Shown here: positions 23,544 through 25,772 of the stretch, piece after piece
Position numbering within the stretch: the first letter of the stretch is position 1
Layout: each line of letters opens with the position of its first letter
Source: a virus
Strand: one strand, 5' to 3'
Length of the DNA stretch: 25,772 nucleotides
Virus record (IMG/VR): IMGVR_UViG_2645727704_000002
Coordinates: 1-25,772 of that record
Position numbers and translations under genes: made by a program
The notes under the pieces: model-generated
The model's database searches: none
Told to the model about the DNA's origin: nothing
The model's input: only the letters and a program-made list of their open reading frames with translations

Positions 23544-25031
23544 ATGAAGCCCGAGCACCTGAAACTGCTCCGGGATCGGTTCTGGCGGCTGAACAACCTG
23601 TATTTCATCACGGACAAGCAGGGCAAGAAGGTCCGCTTCCGGATGACGCAGGAGCAGATCGACTACTTCCAGGGGATGCACACCCGGAACATCATCCTCA
23701 AGGCGCGGCAGTTGGGGTTCACCACCCTGGTCTGCATCGTCCAGCTCGACGCCGCTCTCTTCGAGGCTGCCAAGTGCGCCTTGATCGCCCACACCCTGAG
23801 CGACGCCAAGCGCCTGTTCCGCGAGAAGATCAAGTACGCCTACGACCACCTGCCCAAGGAGATCAAGGCGGCCAACCCGGCGCGTAACGATGCCGCTGGC
23901 GAACTGGTGTTCAGTAAGGGCGGCTCGCTCTACGTGTCCACCTCCTTCCGGGGCGGCACGCTGCGCTACCTGCACGTTTCCGAGTTCGGGAAGATCTGCG
24001 CTAAGTTCCCGCACAAGGCGCGAGAGATCGTCACCGGTGCGTTCGAGGCTGTGGCCGCTGAGTGCTTTGTTACGATCGAGTCGACGGCAGAGGGACGGGC
24101 TGGGTACTTCTTCGACTACAGCCAGTCTGCCGAGAAGCAGCAGTTGGCTGGCGTATCCCTGGGGCTGCTCGACTGGAAGTTCTTCTTCTTCAGCTGGTGG
24201 CGCAACGCGCTGTACTGGTTGGACCCGAACGGCGTGGTCATCCCCGACCGCCTGACCAAGTATTTCGACGACCTGACCGCCAAGCACGGCATCGTCACCA
24301 ATCCAGGCCAACGCGCCTGGTACAGCGCCAAGGAAAAGACCCTCGGCGACGACATGAAGCGCGAGTACCCGTCGATCCCTGCCGAAGCATTCCAGCAGAC
24401 CATCGAAGGCGCGTACTACGCCAAACAGTTCACCAAGCTCTACGCCGCCCAGCGGATCGGCAAGCTGCCAGACAACAGCCATCAGCCCGTGCACACCTTC
24501 TGGGACATCGGCGTGGGCGACTCGACGGCGATCTGGTTCGTGCGGATCGTGGGCGAGGAGTTCCACGTCATCGACTTCTACCAGAACAGCGGCGAAGGCC
24601 TGCGGCACTACATGAAGGTGCTGAAGGATCGTGGATACACCTACGGCGAGCACTGGGGCCCGCACGACATCGATAACCGCGAGTTTGGTAGCGACGGCAA
24701 GACCAGGCGCGAAATCGCGCGTGAGGGCTACGAGATCGACGGACAGCGCTATTCGCTGACCTTCCAAGTGGTGCCCAAGCTCAGCATCGACGAAGGCATC
24801 GAGCAGGCTCGCGAGATCCTACCCCGCTGCGCCTTCGACGAGGCCAAGTGCGAGGAAGGCATCACTGCCCTGGAGAGCTACCGCAAGGAGTGGGACGACA
24901 AGCGCGGCTGCTGGAAAGACAAGCCGCTCCATGATTGGTCATCCCACCCAGCCGACGCCTTCCGCTACTTCGCCGTAGCCAAGACCAAACGCTCGCGGGT
25001 CGAGCACATACCCGTCACGTTCACATTCTGA
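23544..25031 (+). CDS. terL: Terminase large subunit
   Basis: ILKARQLGFTT Walker A, LHVSE Walker B, IEST coupling motif, WDIG and HPADAFRY nuclease motifs. Confidence 0.93.
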   Translation: MKPEHLKLLRDRFWRLNNLYFITDKQGKKVRFRMTQEQIDYFQGMHTRNIILKARQLGFTTLVCIVQLDAALFEAAKCALIAHTLSDAKRLFREKIKYAYDHLPKEIKAANPARNDAAGELVFSKGGSLYVSTSFRGGTLRYLHVSEFGKICAKFPHKAREIVTGAFEAVAAECFVTIESTAEGRAGYFFDYSQSAEKQQLAGVSLGLLDWKFFFFSWWRNALYWLDPNGVVIPDRLTKYFDDLTAKHGIVTNPGQRAWYSAKEKTLGDDMKREYPSIPAEAFQQTIEGAYYAKQFTKLYAAQRIGKLPDNSHQPVHTFWDIGVGDSTAIWFVRIVGEEFHVIDFYQNSGEGLRHYMKVLKDRGYTYGEHWGPHDIDNREFGSDGKTRREIAREGYEIDGQRYSLTFQVVPKLSIDEGIEQAREILPRCAFDEAKCEEGITALESYRKEWDDKRGCWKDKPLHDWSSHPADAFRYFAVAKTKRSRVEHIPVTFTF

Positions 25032-25038
25032 GGCCAGC

Positions 25039-25772
25039 ATGCCGAATTACAGCGCAACCCGGAAGGAGTACAGCGATGCTCTTCCGAGCTGGCGCCTGGT
25101 CAAGCGATGCGTGGCCGGCGCCAGGGAGGTCCGCAAGTGGGACGAATACCTGCCCATGCCGGACCCTACGAATCGGTCGGACGAGAACCTGGAGCGCTAT
25201 CAGCAGCTGAAGAAGCGCGCGATGTTCCTCAACATCACGGGCCGGACGCGCACTGGACTGCTGGGCGCCGTGTTCCGCAAGACGGCCGAAGTCGACCTGC
25301 CGTCTCAGGTCCAGTACCTGCTTGAGAACGCCAGCGGCGACGGTACCAGCCTTGAGCAACTGTCCAAGGATGCTGTGGGCGAGTGCCTGGATACAGGTCG
25401 CGGTGGTTTCCTCACCGATTACCCCAAGATCGAGAGCGACGGGCGCCCGCGCACTAAGGCGGATTCTGGCGGCATGCAGGCCTGGGTTCACCATTACCCG
25501 GCGCTGAGCATCATCAACTGGCGAGAGGACGTGATCCAGGGCCGCAAGCGCCTGGCGCTGGTCGTGCTGCATGAGGTGCTGAACGAGCCGACCGCTGATG
25601 GCTTCGAGTTCAAGCTTGTCGACCAGTATCGCGCCCTGGTGCTGGAGGGTGGCGTCTACAAGCAGCGCGTGTACCGTGAAGACCAGCCTGATGGCGAGGA
25701 AAGCGTCCCGACCGACCACAACGGCAACACGCTCGACCACATCCCGTTCCACTTCTACGGCGCCGAGAACAA
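25039..25772 (+). CDS. Portal protein, DUF4055-like (partial; runs off the window; not in ORF track)
   Basis: ATG 25039, MPNYSATRKEY...YLPMP...RAMFLNITGRTRTGLLGAVFRK; open to the window end; follows terL. Confidence 0.8.
   Translation, partial: MPNYSATRKEYSDALPSWRLVKRCVAGAREVRKWDEYLPMPDPTNRSDENLERYQQLKKRAMFLNITGRTRTGLLGAVFRKTAEVDLPSQVQYLLENASGDGTSLEQLSKDAVGECLDTGRGGFLTDYPKIESDGRPRTKADSGGMQAWVHHYPALSIINWREDVIQGRKRLALVVLHEVLNEPTADGFEFKLVDQYRALVLEGGVYKQRVYREDQPDGEESVPTDHNGNTLDHIPFHFYGAEN

Larger units (their letters stand above)
1208..25772. mobile_element. Lambdoid prophage integrated at tRNA-Cys; continues past the right edge; left boundary approximate
   Basis: Integrase directly after the tRNA. 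Canonical order int-xis-recombination-cI/cro-replication-nin-Q-holin-terminase-portal. attR is not in the window. Confidence 0.95.

Noticed and set aside
23301-24767. 488-aa minus-strand ORF and similar long antisense ORFs (8321-9343, 15060-15917, 25021-25752)
   Set aside because: Shadow ORFs of well-supported genes in high-GC DNA, with no SD or recognisable motifs.

Overview
High-GC window, Pseudomonas-like by gene content (inference). It begins with host sohB and a tRNA-Cys(GCA) gene. From about 1.2 kb to the window end it is the left part of a lambdoid prophage, apparently integrated at that tRNA. Gene order: tyrosine integrase and convergent excisionase; a long leftward early operon (DUF2591, lipoprotein, PD-(D/E)XK protein, Lar-like protein, truncated C5-methyltransferase, Ssb, Gp157, Rad52/Sak-like recombinase, DUF551 and many small ORFs); PL; two accessory genes behind cI; cI/cro with five 15-bp operators; two RHH-like genes; Rha/antirepressor; O/P-type replication genes with iterons; nin region; Q-like gene with PR'/tR'; three membrane (holin-type) genes; TerS, TerL and the start of the portal gene. 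The most unusual signals are non-coding. (1) Just after PL, three small orphan genes each follow a repeated, covarying bulged-A hairpin fused to the Shine-Dalgarno (SD). (2) A multi-branch, tRNA-like RNA follows them; it carries 10 nt complementary to two of those SD regions. (3) A 36-37 bp bipartite palindrome (CGCGCCACAAAAT-N10/11-RTTTYGTGGCGCG) occurs three times, twice inside coding sequence. (4) A two-gene cassette occupies the rexAB-equivalent position. All family calls come from recognising motifs by eye; no database search was run.
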